Shown here in pieces: positions 47,030-56,145 of a stretch of 64,000 bases of DNA. Source of the stretch: an uncultured Chloroflexia bacterium. GTDB taxonomy: Bacteria; Chloroflexota; Limnocylindria; Limnocylindrales; CSP1-4. The notes beneath the pieces were generated by a model, which worked only from the letters and a program-made list of their open reading frames with translations, made no database searches and was not told where the DNA came from. The DNA lies in assembly GCA_963750125.1 (NCBI GenBank), contig CAVVPT010000016.1:102122-166121 (forward strand). The letters are read 5' to 3'. Each line of letters opens with the position of its first letter. Positions within the stretch are counted from its first letter, which is position 1. The position numbers and the translations under genes are program-made.

Positions 47030-48034
47030 ATGAGCGGCTGGCGCAAAATCGGCTCGCGGGAGACATACTTTCCGCCGTTCGTCAACGAGCGGTTCGACGG
47101 CCCCCCGTACTGGGCCTGCACGTTCACCGCGCTGCTCAACGGCGCGAACGTCGGATTTCTCGGCAACCGGGACCCGAGCCACGCTGAGGTGCGCAGGCTC
47201 GCGCGAGCGTCCGGCGACGCCAATCTGAGCGGCGGCAGCCGATCCAGCCACATGATCACGGCCATGCGCGTGCGCTACAGCAAGGCCATGCACCTCGAGG
47301 CGCTACCTCCTCGGCGTGTCCACGAGCGCCTCGCTTCGGGGTGGGCCATGGTCGGGGCGGTGACCTATGGCGCGATCCCCATGCCATGGCGGCGCCACAG
47401 CCCGCATTTCAAGCATGGCCACCGGATCACGCTTGTCGGCTGGGATGGCAAGGCGTCCTGGATCCTCGACCCCATGGCGAGAGAAGGCCTCGGGTACAAC
47501 GGTGAGCGGATACCGTGGAGCACGTTCGAAGATGCCTGGTGGGCGGGCGAACAGCTGTGGTTCGCCGAGGGCATGTTCCGCAAGCCGCCACACGTGAAGG
47601 TCCTCGACCGGGTGCCGGACGGTACGTGGCGGATCCCGGACGGGGCACGGCTTACGGCCCGTCATGGCAAGAACCCCCGCGTGATCATGCGCAAGGTGGT
47701 CCTTGCCGAACCCAAGTCGGGCCATTTCGACGCGATCGTCGAGGTGATCCCCAAGAACGGACCCTCGATGGGCGAGTTCATCCGCGTGTCGAGCGGAGGC
47801 CTCGCCGGCATGCTCATTCCCTTCCGCACGCCGAAGATCGTGATCAAGCCCAGGCGAGGCTCGTCCTCGACGCCCAAGAAGCAGACGGCGGCTTTGAAGG
47901 AACAGAAGAAGCCAGTTCCGCAGTCCGAGACCGACGACTTCAAGCGCGGTCGGAAGTTCGAGTACGAGCGGATCAAGAGCGAGCTCGGATCGGTCGTGAA
48001 CCTGCCGCCCGAACCCGGAAAGGACGGCGGTTAG
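47030..48034 (+). CDS. papain-fold (C39/CHAP-like) cysteine peptidase candidate with Lys-rich C-terminal region
   Basis: GGAGGAGG upstream. The Cys context is PPYWACTFTALLNG and the His/Asp context is HGHRITLVGWDGKASWILDP. No signal peptide. Confidence 0.7.
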   Translation: MSGWRKIGSRETYFPPFVNERFDGPPYWACTFTALLNGANVGFLGNRDPSHAEVRRLARASGDANLSGGSRSSHMITAMRVRYSKAMHLEALPPRRVHERLASGWAMVGAVTYGAIPMPWRRHSPHFKHGHRITLVGWDGKASWILDPMAREGLGYNGERIPWSTFEDAWWAGEQLWFAEGMFRKPPHVKVLDRVPDGTWRIPDGARLTARHGKNPRVIMRKVVLAEPKSGHFDAIVEVIPKNGPSMGEFIRVSSGGLAGMLIPFRTPKIVIKPRRGSSSTPKKQTAALKEQKKPVPQSETDDFKRGRKFEYERIKSELGSVVNLPPEPGKDGG

Positions 48035-48045
48035 GCCCGGCCCTG

Positions 48046-49383
48046 ATGAGCCATCTTCTGATCCCGGGCCCGGCCACAGCCACCTCCGCCACGATGTGGG
48101 CGGCCGCCATCGACGAACGCGACGATGCCGCGTCGCTCGAGGTCGTCGCCGCCAGCGGCGAGCGCCAGCCCCTCCTTCGCTGGGATGACGAGCTACAGGG
48201 CGGGAAGCGGCGCGTCCAGATCCGTCGGGTCGAGTTCACCGGGTTGGGTCCGCGGTCGCGCCGTCCGGTCGAGCTGTGGCGCGGCCGTCAGCCCGTGGCG
48301 AGGGCCATGATGGGTACCCTCCCGGAGCGCGTCCCAGGCCTCGAGGAACGGCCGTTCACGATCCTCCTCGGGTCGTGCTTCGCACAGAAGAAGGACGGCG
48401 CGGGGAACGTGGGACGGACGTTCGCGCTGCTTCCCTCGGACGTTCGCCCGGACCTCAAGCTTCTCTGCGGCGACCAGGTCTATCTCGATGCGCCGTCGTT
48501 CTGGACCGTGTTCCCGGCGGTCACCGAGGGTGAACTGAACCGGCGGCTGCTGGAGTCGTACTTGGCGGCGTGGACCCAGGAGCCCGGCTATCACACCCTT
48601 CTCGCCGACGGGCCGAACGCCTTTACCGCGGACGACCACGACTTCTGGAACAACGCCCCGAAGGGATCGGTCACTGCCCCGGCCACGCTGATTCCCAAGC
48701 TTCGCGAGCAATGGCTCCGACAGGCAACGGCCCTCTATCGCGCGTTCCAGAGACCCGACTCGGGGTTGATCAAGTTGGACCTGGACGGCCTGTCGATCCG
48801 GGTCGGTGAGGTCCGCGTCGACCGGACCGAGACCGACGAGCGGTTCATGACCGCGGCGGATCTGGCCGAGATCCGGACGTGGGCGCATGGCCTCACGAGC
48901 CCGGGCTGCCTCGTCCTCGGTCAGGTGCTCTTCACGGCCGCGGCCGGGACGATCAGCAGGCACATGGACCTCGGGCTGCCCGACTTCCGGCAGTACACCG
49001 AGCTGCTCGATGCACTCCGCCAGGCACCCCATGCCGTCGTGATCCTGACCGGCGACGTGCACTTCGGGCGCGTGGCCGTGTGTCAGTTCCTCAATGGGCA
49101 GGAGATCGTCGAGGTGATCGCGTCGCCCCTGGCCCTCGTGGCGTCGTTCCCGAGCAACGAGTGGAAGGCAGCGCCCGGGCTGTACCCGGCTGTGGCAGCT
49201 CCGGGGTTCGTCCAGCGGCCAATCGCCACGGACAAGGTGTACCAGTTCAACGGCAACCACTTCGCGACGATCGGTTTCAGCCGGTCGGGCGGGCGGGTTC
49301 GCATGCGCGTCCAGGCTTGGCCCACCGAGAACAAGGGCCGGCCGCCCGTCCCGGTCCGTACCTACGAGCGATGGATCTCCTGA
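48046..49383 (+). CDS. PhoD-like metallophosphatase without Tat/Sec signal
   Basis: N-terminal PhoD_N-like region GPATATSATMWAA, plus the motifs GDQVYLD, DDHDFWNN and GDVHFG. Confidence 0.8.
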   Translation: MSHLLIPGPATATSATMWAAAIDERDDAASLEVVAASGERQPLLRWDDELQGGKRRVQIRRVEFTGLGPRSRRPVELWRGRQPVARAMMGTLPERVPGLEERPFTILLGSCFAQKKDGAGNVGRTFALLPSDVRPDLKLLCGDQVYLDAPSFWTVFPAVTEGELNRRLLESYLAAWTQEPGYHTLLADGPNAFTADDHDFWNNAPKGSVTAPATLIPKLREQWLRQATALYRAFQRPDSGLIKLDLDGLSIRVGEVRVDRTETDERFMTAADLAEIRTWAHGLTSPGCLVLGQVLFTAAAGTISRHMDLGLPDFRQYTELLDALRQAPHAVVILTGDVHFGRVAVCQFLNGQEIVEVIASPLALVASFPSNEWKAAPGLYPAVAAPGFVQRPIATDKVYQFNGNHFATIGFSRSGGRVRMRVQAWPTENKGRPPVPVRTYERWIS

Positions 49384-49384
49384 C

Positions 49385-50179
49385 ATGTTGCCCGTCCGAA
49401 GATCCCCCGACGCAGAACCGAACTCGGCCTTCGACGAGGACAAGCAAGGCGGGGCCGAAACCAACATGTCCTGGATCCAGCGGTGGCGTGCCGACAGCGC
49501 GGCCTTCTTCGGCGCGGGCGACGTGATCCTGCTTGGCGGCAGCAGCCTCAGCGACTTCCGGATCCGGATCTCGCAATCGCACGCTCGACACGACCTGACG
49601 CCGAGCTACTGGTCGCTGGTCGGCATCGTCGACGCGAACGACCAGGTCCTGACGGCGCCGCTGTGGCCGATGCTCGAGCCGGAACGCGTGCCGCAGTCCA
49701 ACGGCATCCAGTCGATTCCACTGAGCACGTTCGACGATCCGGCCGCGTGGCCGAACATTGGGGTGGTCCGCTTCCCGGGCGTCCAGCAGGACCCGGTCGA
49801 CTGCGTGACGCGGCTCCGCGGGCAGCGCTCGATCATCGACATCCCGACCCTGATCCTCCCGTGGCTCGGGTTCGTGTGGGGCGCCGGCGCGGCCACCAAC
49901 CCGCTGCTCAACGGGTTCGGTGTGCCCAGCGCGGTGCTCGTCGAGACCGCGTTCGGGATCGCCGAGGTGGAACTGACACCAGGGCTGGCGGCTGCCTCGT
50001 CCTGCCCCGAGGCGATCTACCAGGCCGCCAAGTGGTGGAGCGGTTACTACCAGAAGACAGCCGGACCGCAGACGACCGCGACGCGTCGGCGACGCCGGAA
50101 GGTCGACGAGCCGCCCACCCATCCGGTTGGCCGGTACCTGCTGCGGCAGAAGCAGGCGACGTACCTGGAACCGACGTAG
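49385..50179 (+). CDS. hypothetical protein, weak permuted NlpC/P60 (YiiX-like) resemblance
   Basis: The start abuts the upstream stop (TGAcATG). The sequence pattern is GAGDVILLGGSSLS...SYWSLVGIV...AASSCPEAIYQAAKWW. An alternative start is ATG 49466. Confidence 0.6.
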   Translation: MLPVRRSPDAEPNSAFDEDKQGGAETNMSWIQRWRADSAAFFGAGDVILLGGSSLSDFRIRISQSHARHDLTPSYWSLVGIVDANDQVLTAPLWPMLEPERVPQSNGIQSIPLSTFDDPAAWPNIGVVRFPGVQQDPVDCVTRLRGQRSIIDIPTLILPWLGFVWGAGAATNPLLNGFGVPSAVLVETAFGIAEVELTPGLAAASSCPEAIYQAAKWWSGYYQKTAGPQTTATRRRRRKVDEPPTHPVGRYLLRQKQATYLEPT

Positions 50180-50212
50180 GGCGGATCGTGACGCAAGGGC
50201 GCTGAAGCGCGG

Positions 50213-51064
50213 ATGCAGGTCGCGATCAATGGGACCAGGCTCTGGTTCGATGTCGACGGCCTGGCTCTTGTGCCTCGTGGAGACTCGATGGAGCCGCGGC
50301 CAACGCTGGTCCTGGTGCACGGCGGGCCTGGGAGCTACGACCATTCGTACTTCAAGCCGTGGTTCGCCCGTCTCGCGGAGCGGATGCAGGTCGTCTACCT
50401 CGACCTCCGTGGCCACGGCCGTTCGGCGTGGGGCGATGCTGCCACCTGGAGCTTCGAGGCCTGTGCCGACGACGTCCGGGCGTTTTGTGACGTGGTCGGG
50501 ATCGAACGACCGATCGTCCTCGGCCATTCGATGGGCGGCTTCGTCGCGATCCTCTACGGGTCGCGCCACCCTGGCCATGCCGGTGGGCTGATCCTGCTCA
50601 GCACATTCGCTCGCTTCGATCTCGACCGCATGGTCGAGGGGTTCCGGCGCGAGGCGGGCGACGAGGTCGCAGTCCTGGCACGCCGTGATTACGCGGGCGA
50701 GGACGTCACCGATGACGAGTGGGCGCGGGTGTTCGCCGCCTTCGGCCCGCATGTGCCCAGCGAGGCGGAGCTTGCGCGCCGGATCAAGAACGCAGAAGTC
50801 AACCGCCGTGGGGGGCAGCTGATGATGGAGCTGGATCTCCTCCGTGAGCTTCCGAAGATCGCCAGCCCGACGCTCGTCTGTGTGGGCTCTCGAGATCCCC
50901 TGATGGCGATGGCCGCAAACGAGATCCTCGACGGCCTGCGGCCGGGCATCGGCCGCCTCGAGATAATCGACGGCGCCGGCCACTACCCGTGGCTCGACGC
51001 TCCCTCCCGCGTCTTCGAGGTGGTCGGCGACTTCGCCGTGGCCCCGACGGCCCCTATCCGCTGA
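50213..51064 (+). CDS. alpha/beta hydrolase (proline iminopeptidase-like)
   Basis: Nucleophile elbow GHSMGG, HGGPG near the N-terminus, and a late GAGH. Confidence 0.9.
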   Translation: MQVAINGTRLWFDVDGLALVPRGDSMEPRPTLVLVHGGPGSYDHSYFKPWFARLAERMQVVYLDLRGHGRSAWGDAATWSFEACADDVRAFCDVVGIERPIVLGHSMGGFVAILYGSRHPGHAGGLILLSTFARFDLDRMVEGFRREAGDEVAVLARRDYAGEDVTDDEWARVFAAFGPHVPSEAELARRIKNAEVNRRGGQLMMELDLLRELPKIASPTLVCVGSRDPLMAMAANEILDGLRPGIGRLEIIDGAGHYPWLDAPSRVFEVVGDFAVAPTAPIR

Positions 51065-52025
51065 CCGCCGGTTCGACCAGCGACAGCGTCAGCGCGTCGG
51101 CATCCATCGCGGCACGGACACCGAGCGGCATCGGGAGGTTTGGTCCCGAGTGGCCGATCTCTACGTTGCCCATGACCGGGATGGCGCGATCGCCGAGGGC
51201 GTCGAGGACGATGTCGCGCAGGTTGTCGGGCCCGCCCGGGGTGTAGTCGAGATCCTGTCCCGCGCCGACGATCATCCCGGCGATGCGCTCGAGGATCCCG
51301 GCCGTCCGAAGTGCGTGGAGCTCCTGCCAGATCACCGAGGTCTGGGCCCACGCCTCTTCCCAGAACAGGATCGCCCCCTCGAACCGTTCTCGCTCGAGCG
51401 CGAAGCCAGACGCCTGCACGCGCACGAGGCGGTTGAGCATCGCCCCGATCAGCGGGCCTTCCGCGCGGCCGTCGCGCCAGCGTTCCCAGCGCGTGGTCGA
51501 CGGCAGCTGAACCGGCGTCACGTCCCCGGCGAGGACCTGCCGGTAGGCATCGGTGAGTTGCGATCGTCGATCGGCGTCCAGGTCGGACCATTCCGCGAAA
51601 AGGCGCACCACATCGCCGTGTATCCCGACGAGTCCGGTCCGCGCATGCAGCGCAAGGAGCAGGGCCGAAATGTCGCTTGCGCCGAGGATCGGCTTCGGGT
51701 CGGCCCGGATCGCGTCCAGATCGATCCGATCGAGGTAGCTCAGCGTCAGGCGGCCGCCATCGAGCCCGACGATCGCGCGCACCTCCGGATCGCGCAGGAG
51801 CCGGTTGAGCTCGGTCGCGGTTTCTTCGGGCGAAGCCACAGCCCACCAGCGGGAGTGCCCCGGTTCCGCAAGAGGCGACACAAGCACGCGGTATCCAAGC
51901 GACTCGATCGTCGCAATGCCGCGCTCGAACAGCGGAACCTCGTCATCCCCTAACTCGTTCGCCAACGCGGCGACCGCAACGAGATCGCCGGGACGCAGGG
52001 CTTTCGGGCGCAGGATCGGCGTCAT
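51054..52025 (-). CDS. LD-carboxypeptidase (peptidase S66, LdcA/MccF-like)
   Basis: Nucleophile context ILGASDISALL, 323 aa. RBS GAGGAGG. Confidence 0.9.
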   Translation of the reverse strand: MTPILRPKALRPGDLVAVAALANELGDDEVPLFERGIATIESLGYRVLVSPLAEPGHSRWWAVASPEETATELNRLLRDPEVRAIVGLDGGRLTLSYLDRIDLDAIRADPKPILGASDISALLLALHARTGLVGIHGDVVRLFAEWSDLDADRRSQLTDAYRQVLAGDVTPVQLPSTTRWERWRDGRAEGPLIGAMLNRLVRVQASGFALERERFEGAILFWEEAWAQTSVIWQELHALRTAGILERIAGMIVGAGQDLDYTPGGPDNLRDIVLDALGDRAIPVMGNVEIGHSGPNLPMPLGVRAAMDADALTLSLVEPAVSG

Positions 52026-52108
52026 GCCTCAGACCTCCTCGGGCACACTCTGGCGGTGCCGTCAATCCCGGGCTGCGCCTTCGTGATCCTGGCCAGAAAT
52101 CAGCCGGG

Positions 52109-52243
52109 GCAATCAAAGGGCGTGGCAATCGCCGGCCGCGAGCCGGAAACGATCGATTCACGTGTCATCCAGTAATGGGGCTGATAACTGGCCATCAACC
52201 GCGGCCAGATCCTCGCCTTTGATTGCTTGGGCTGATAATTGGC
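52109..52243. repeat. intergenic direct and inverted repeats upstream of the LD-carboxypeptidase gene
   Basis: GGGCTGATAAYTGGC occurs at 52178-52192 and 52229-52243, 51 bp apart. The 11-bp inverted repeat is GCAATCAAAGG (52109-52119) / CCTTTGATTGC (52216-52226). Confidence 0.7.
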
Positions 52244-52264
52244 AACCGACGCCATGTCCCCCAC

Positions 52265-53083
52265 CTACTGCCGCGCGGCGAGTTCCGCGACGGCCGCCGA
52301 GGCGCCGCTCTCGATCGGATCGCCGTGACCGACGAGCAGCGTCTCGAAGCCGAGCTCCGCCAGTTTGGCGATCGACTGGATCGCCTCGTCCATGTCCTCG
52401 GTGAACTGGCCACCTGGGAGGCCCGGCTTGCCGCCCTCGGTCCGCAGCGCGTCGCCGGCGACGAGCAGCCCGCTCACCCCGTCGTGCACCGAGATGCTTC
52501 CCGGCGTGTGGCCCGGTGTGGTCACGATCTGGAGGTCGAAGACTCGATCGCCGTCCTCGACGGGCGTCAGCGGCCGCGGCACGCTGATCGCCGAGATGTC
52601 CTCGGCGCCGGCGTAGGCGGCCGCATCGGGGGCGGCATCCATGACCTCTGCCGCGCTGCCGGCATGGTCGTTGTGGCGATGCGTGATGATCAGGTGGCCA
52701 ACGGCGGACCAGTCGAGGCCAACCCCGACGAGCGAATCCTCGATCGCACCGGCACTCCCACCGACGCCCGTGTCGACGACTACTGCCTGCCCGCCACGTA
52801 CGAGGACATATGCCGAAACGAAGCCGAGATCGACCCGTTGCCAGGTGAGCCCGTCACCGGCCGGAGGATTGCCCGTAGGCGGCAAGCCCGCGGCGGACGA
52901 CGCCTGGGGCTCCGAACCGTCGGCCGCCGAACCCGCGGGTGTCGCCGATGCCAGCGCGGCAGCCGAGGGTCGAGCCGAGGCCAGCGTCCCGGGCGAGCAG
53001 GCTGCCAGGCCCACGACAGCGAGGGCGAATGCCCCGCGGCCAAGGTCGGCGATGAAGGTGCGGCGATCGATCGGCTGCATCAC
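52265..53083 (-). CDS. MBL-fold metallo-hydrolase, Tat/lipoprotein signal
   Basis: Twin-arginine RRTFI with lipobox LAAC. Metal motif THRHNDH, plus TPGHTPG and a late GHG. Confidence 0.9.
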   Translation of the reverse strand: MMQPIDRRTFIADLGRGAFALAVVGLAACSPGTLASARPSAAALASATPAGSAADGSEPQASSAAGLPPTGNPPAGDGLTWQRVDLGFVSAYVLVRGGQAVVVDTGVGGSAGAIEDSLVGVGLDWSAVGHLIITHRHNDHAGSAAEVMDAAPDAAAYAGAEDISAISVPRPLTPVEDGDRVFDLQIVTTPGHTPGSISVHDGVSGLLVAGDALRTEGGKPGLPGGQFTEDMDEAIQSIAKLAELGFETLLVGHGDPIESGASAAVAELAARQ

Positions 53084-53156
53084 GTCGAACCGTCCCCGGG
53101 CTGCAGTGGAACCGTCCTCAGCCTCTCATACGCGAACGGAACCCGCATGGATCCCG

Positions 53157-53830
53157 CTAACTGACGGATCGTCGCCGATCGAGGCCCTCGAGGATCAGGT
53201 CGACCCCGAACTCGAACTCGAAGTCGTCGTCGCAGCCGCCCAGGCCCCCCTCGTGGCTCACGGCCGCGGCCAGCTCACCGAGGTATGGGTAGTTCGCTCC
53301 GAGTTCGCGGGCGAGGCGTGCCGCCGTCTCCGGATCCGGGCGGGTGTCCGCCGAGTCGTCGAACGGGTCCTGGGTGAAGCCGAGCATCCGGCTGCCGAGG
53401 ACGTGGATCGCGTGATGTGACATCTCGAGCGAGAACCCGGCGCCGGTCAGGATCTCCATGACGGCGTTGATGTGGCGCAGGGTCGCCGGCCCGATCTCCG
53501 GCCGCTCGACGATGACCGGCGGCGCCCAGGGATGGCGCAGCATCACTTGCCGCGCCGCAAGCGCAAGCCTCCGCATCGACGCCTGCCAGTCACCTCTTGG
53601 CCGGGAAGCTCGATCTCGGCGAGGACGACGTCGATCGCCCCATCGAGGATATCGTCCTTGTTCCGCACGTGGCGGTAGAGCGCCATGGCCTCGACCCCGA
53701 GCTCCTGGCCGAGCTTGCGCATGCTCAGCGCATCGATGCCGTCGCGGTCGAGGAGGTCGACCGCAGCCCGAAGGACGCGCTCCTTCGTGAGCGGGGCGCG
53801 GCGTTCCGAGATGGAAGCAAGTTCGGTCAC
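53157..53830 (-). CDS. TetR/AcrR family regulator, frameshifted near 53590-53595
   Basis: The ORF 53543-53830 carries the HTH (LSMRKLGQELGVEAMALYRHVRNKDDIL...AEIELPGQE). The ORF 53157-53576 carries the ligand domain starting (DWQAS)MRRLALAARQVMLRHPWA. It is collinear with the intact paralog at 54351-55094 (AEIELPSPEDPWKVAMRRRAVSVRQALGRHPWA). Confidence 0.85.
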
Positions 53831-53837
53831 TTGACGA

Positions 53838-53884
53838 GTTTACGGTGTGGATGTACGTTTACGACGTAAACTTACACCGTAAAC
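53838..53884. promoter_or_regulatory. nested palindromic operator in the TetR/DUF385 divergent region
   Basis: The outer palindrome is GTTTACGGTGT (53838-53848) / ACACCGTAAAC (53874-53884). The inner one is GTTTACG-a-CGTAAAC (53857-53871). TTGACG at 53831. Confidence 0.75.
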
Positions 53885-53899
53885 ACGAGGACCGCAGCC

Positions 53900-54391
53900 A
53901 TGACTGCCATCGAAGCCAAGCCCTCGCCTCGGGTTCCGCACTGGCTGATCCGAACGATCTGGTTCGTCCACCGGCGGGCCTACGGGATCACGCTCGGCCG
54001 GCTCGGCCTTCGGACGCCGACCGCGCACCGCTGGGGGATGCTCCGCCTGACTACGGTTGGGCGCCGAACGGGCAAGACGAGGATCGCGATCCTCGGGTTC
54101 ATCGTGGACGGCCCGAACGTCGTCGTCCCGGCGATGAACGGCTGGATGGACCCGGAGCCCGCATGGTGGCTCAACCTGCAGGCCCACCCGGGGGCGAGCA
54201 TGACGCTGCCCGGCGGAGAAACGCGTGACGTTGTGGCGCGAGCCGCCAACCCGGGCGAGCGCGAGCGGCTCTGGCGCGCACTGGTCGACCTCGGTACTGC
54301 TGCTTACACGGACGCGAACGCGGGGACCAGATCCCGCGAGACCGCGATCGTCATCTTCGAGCCTCGCGATCGGGTCCTCGATCGCGTTTGA
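53900..54391 (+). CDS. nitroreductase-family deazaflavin (F420)-dependent oxidoreductase (DUF385)
   Basis: Motif LTTVGRRTGKTRIAIL, 163 aa. Confidence 0.85.
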   Translation: MTAIEAKPSPRVPHWLIRTIWFVHRRAYGITLGRLGLRTPTAHRWGMLRLTTVGRRTGKTRIAILGFIVDGPNVVVPAMNGWMDPEPAWWLNLQAHPGASMTLPGGETRDVVARAANPGERERLWRALVDLGTAAYTDANAGTRSRETAIVIFEPRDRVLDRV

Positions 54392-55094
54392 GGGCGGCGA
54401 GGATGAGGTCCAGCCCGGGCTCGAACTCGTCGCCGTAGCGGAATCCCGAAGCGATGAGCTCTCCGGCGGCCATTTCGAGGTGCGGATAGCGCCCGGCGTA
54501 GGTGGCGAGGATCTCCGGACCAAGCGCCGCCAGCTCTTCCGGCGTTGATACGGGCAGCGTCTTCTCCTGGAGGGCAAACCCGTACACATAGCTGTCGACG
54601 ATGTTGGTGACGCGCGTCCCAGTCGTCGACGTGAAGCCGGCGGCGTACAGGTTCGCGAGGAGCGAGTCGTGGTAGGCCAGCGTCGCCGGGCCGGGATGCG
54701 TCCTCGACTCCATGAGCCCGATCGCCCACGGGTGCCGGCCCAGAGCCTGGCGGACGGAGACCGCGCGCCGGCGCATCGCCACCTTCCATGGATCTTCGGG
54801 GGAGGGCAGCTCGATCTCGGCGAAGACGAGGTCCACGAGCCCGTCGAGGAGATCCTCCTTGTTGAGCACGTGGCGGTAGAGCGACATCGGTTCTGCGCCG
54901 ATCGCCCGGGCGATCCGTTGCATCGTCACCGCCTCGAAGCCGTCCCGGTCGGCGAGCTCCATCGCCGCCGCGAGGATCTGCGCCCGACTCAATCGTGCCG
55001 GCCGACCTGGTCGCCGTTGCTGGCCGTTCGCCTCCACCTGCACCTCGCGATTCTCGGTCTTGACGTCCACCCACGAGATGATAGCGTACGACAT
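54351..55094 (-). CDS. TetR/AcrR family transcriptional regulator
   Basis: HTH VTMQRIARAIGAEPMSLYRHVLNKEDLL and a C-terminal TetR_C domain. The start is ATG 55094 or GTG 55070. Confidence 0.9.
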   Translation of the reverse strand: MSYAIISWVDVKTENREVQVEANGQQRRPGRPARLSRAQILAAAMELADRDGFEAVTMQRIARAIGAEPMSLYRHVLNKEDLLDGLVDLVFAEIELPSPEDPWKVAMRRRAVSVRQALGRHPWAIGLMESRTHPGPATLAYHDSLLANLYAAGFTSTTGTRVTNIVDSYVYGFALQEKTLPVSTPEELAALGPEILATYAGRYPHLEMAAGELIASGFRYGDEFEPGLDLILAALKRDRGPDREARR

Positions 55095-55111
55095 ACGCTT
55101 ACGACATACGC
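55087..55111. promoter_or_regulatory. tandem 12-bp direct repeat, candidate operator
   Basis: TACGACATACGC-t-TACGACATACGC lies between the TetR gene and the divergent dehydrogenase gene. Confidence 0.65.
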
Positions 55112-55139
55112 AAATGCACCGATCGGGAGACTCGCACCA

Positions 55140-56105
55140 GTGAAGGCCATCATTCACGACAACTACGGTCCGATCGAAACGCTCGAGCGGCGAGACATCG
55201 AGCCACCAACCATCGGCGAACACGAGGTCCTCGTTCGCGTCCGCGCCGCGGGCGTGCACATCGGTGACGTCTTCGCCATCGAGGGACGCCCGCTGCTCGT
55301 TCGAACCGCGACCGGCCTGCGGCGGCCGAAGTACGGCGTCCCTGGCCTCGATCTGGCGGGCACGGTCGAGGCCGTCGGCCAAGCGGTCACCCGGTTCGCG
55401 GTCGGCGACGAGGTGTTCGGCGAGGGCGCGGGAACCGCCGCGGAGCTCGTCAGGGCAGAGGAGCGCAAGCTGGTTCAGAAGCCGGCCGGCATGGCGTGGC
55501 CGGATGCGGCAGCAATCACGACGTCCGGGAGCGCGGCTCTCCATGGCTTGCGCGACGCCGGCAGGCTCGAAGCCGGCCAGCGAGTCCTGATCGTCGGCGC
55601 GTCCGGCGGGGTCGGCACGTTCGCCGTGCAGATCGCCAAGGCGATCGGCGCGCACGTGACCGGCGTGACCAGCACGAACAACGTCGAGCTTGTGCGTTCT
55701 CTCGGCGCCGACGATGCCATCGACTACACGCGCGAGGACTTCACCGAGCGCCGTGGCGCGTTCGACCTGATCTTCGACAACATCGAGAACCGGCCGCTGT
55801 CCGCCGTTCGCCGCGCGCTCACCCTGAACGGCACGCTGGTGCTCAACAGTGGCACCGGAGCGTCCGGCATTCGAATGCTGGTCCGCCTCATCCGACCGGT
55901 GGTCCTGTCACCGTTCAGCTCGCAGACGATGCGCCGGTACCTCTCGACCGCGAACCACGCCGACCTCGAGGTTCTGAAGGGCATGGTCGAGGCCGGTCAG
56001 GTCAGGCCGGTGATCTGCCAAACCTACCCGCTCGGCGACACGGTGGAGGCGCTCCGCCTCGTCGCGTCCGGACATGCACGCGGCAAGGTCGTCCTGGCCG
56101 TGTGA
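55140..56105 (+). CDS. NAD(P)-dependent MDR-family quinone oxidoreductase/alcohol dehydrogenase
   Basis: GTG start with GGGAGA upstream. GroES-like N-domain and Rossmann motif VGASGGVG. Confidence 0.9.
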   Translation: MKAIIHDNYGPIETLERRDIEPPTIGEHEVLVRVRAAGVHIGDVFAIEGRPLLVRTATGLRRPKYGVPGLDLAGTVEAVGQAVTRFAVGDEVFGEGAGTAAELVRAEERKLVQKPAGMAWPDAAAITTSGSAALHGLRDAGRLEAGQRVLIVGASGGVGTFAVQIAKAIGAHVTGVTSTNNVELVRSLGADDAIDYTREDFTERRGAFDLIFDNIENRPLSAVRRALTLNGTLVLNSGTGASGIRMLVRLIRPVVLSPFSSQTMRRYLSTANHADLEVLKGMVEAGQVRPVICQTYPLGDTVEALRLVASGHARGKVVLAV

Positions 56106-56145
56106 AAAGCGGTTTCGGGGGGACCGGCCTAGACTCCGGAGAGCA

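Noticed and set aside
45052-50179. Interpretation of the region as a prophage or prophage remnant because of the endolysin-like LysM hydrolase.
   Set aside because: No integrase, terminase, capsid, tail or repressor genes, att-like repeats or tRNA are nearby. The region is kept as an unexplained hydrolase cluster instead.
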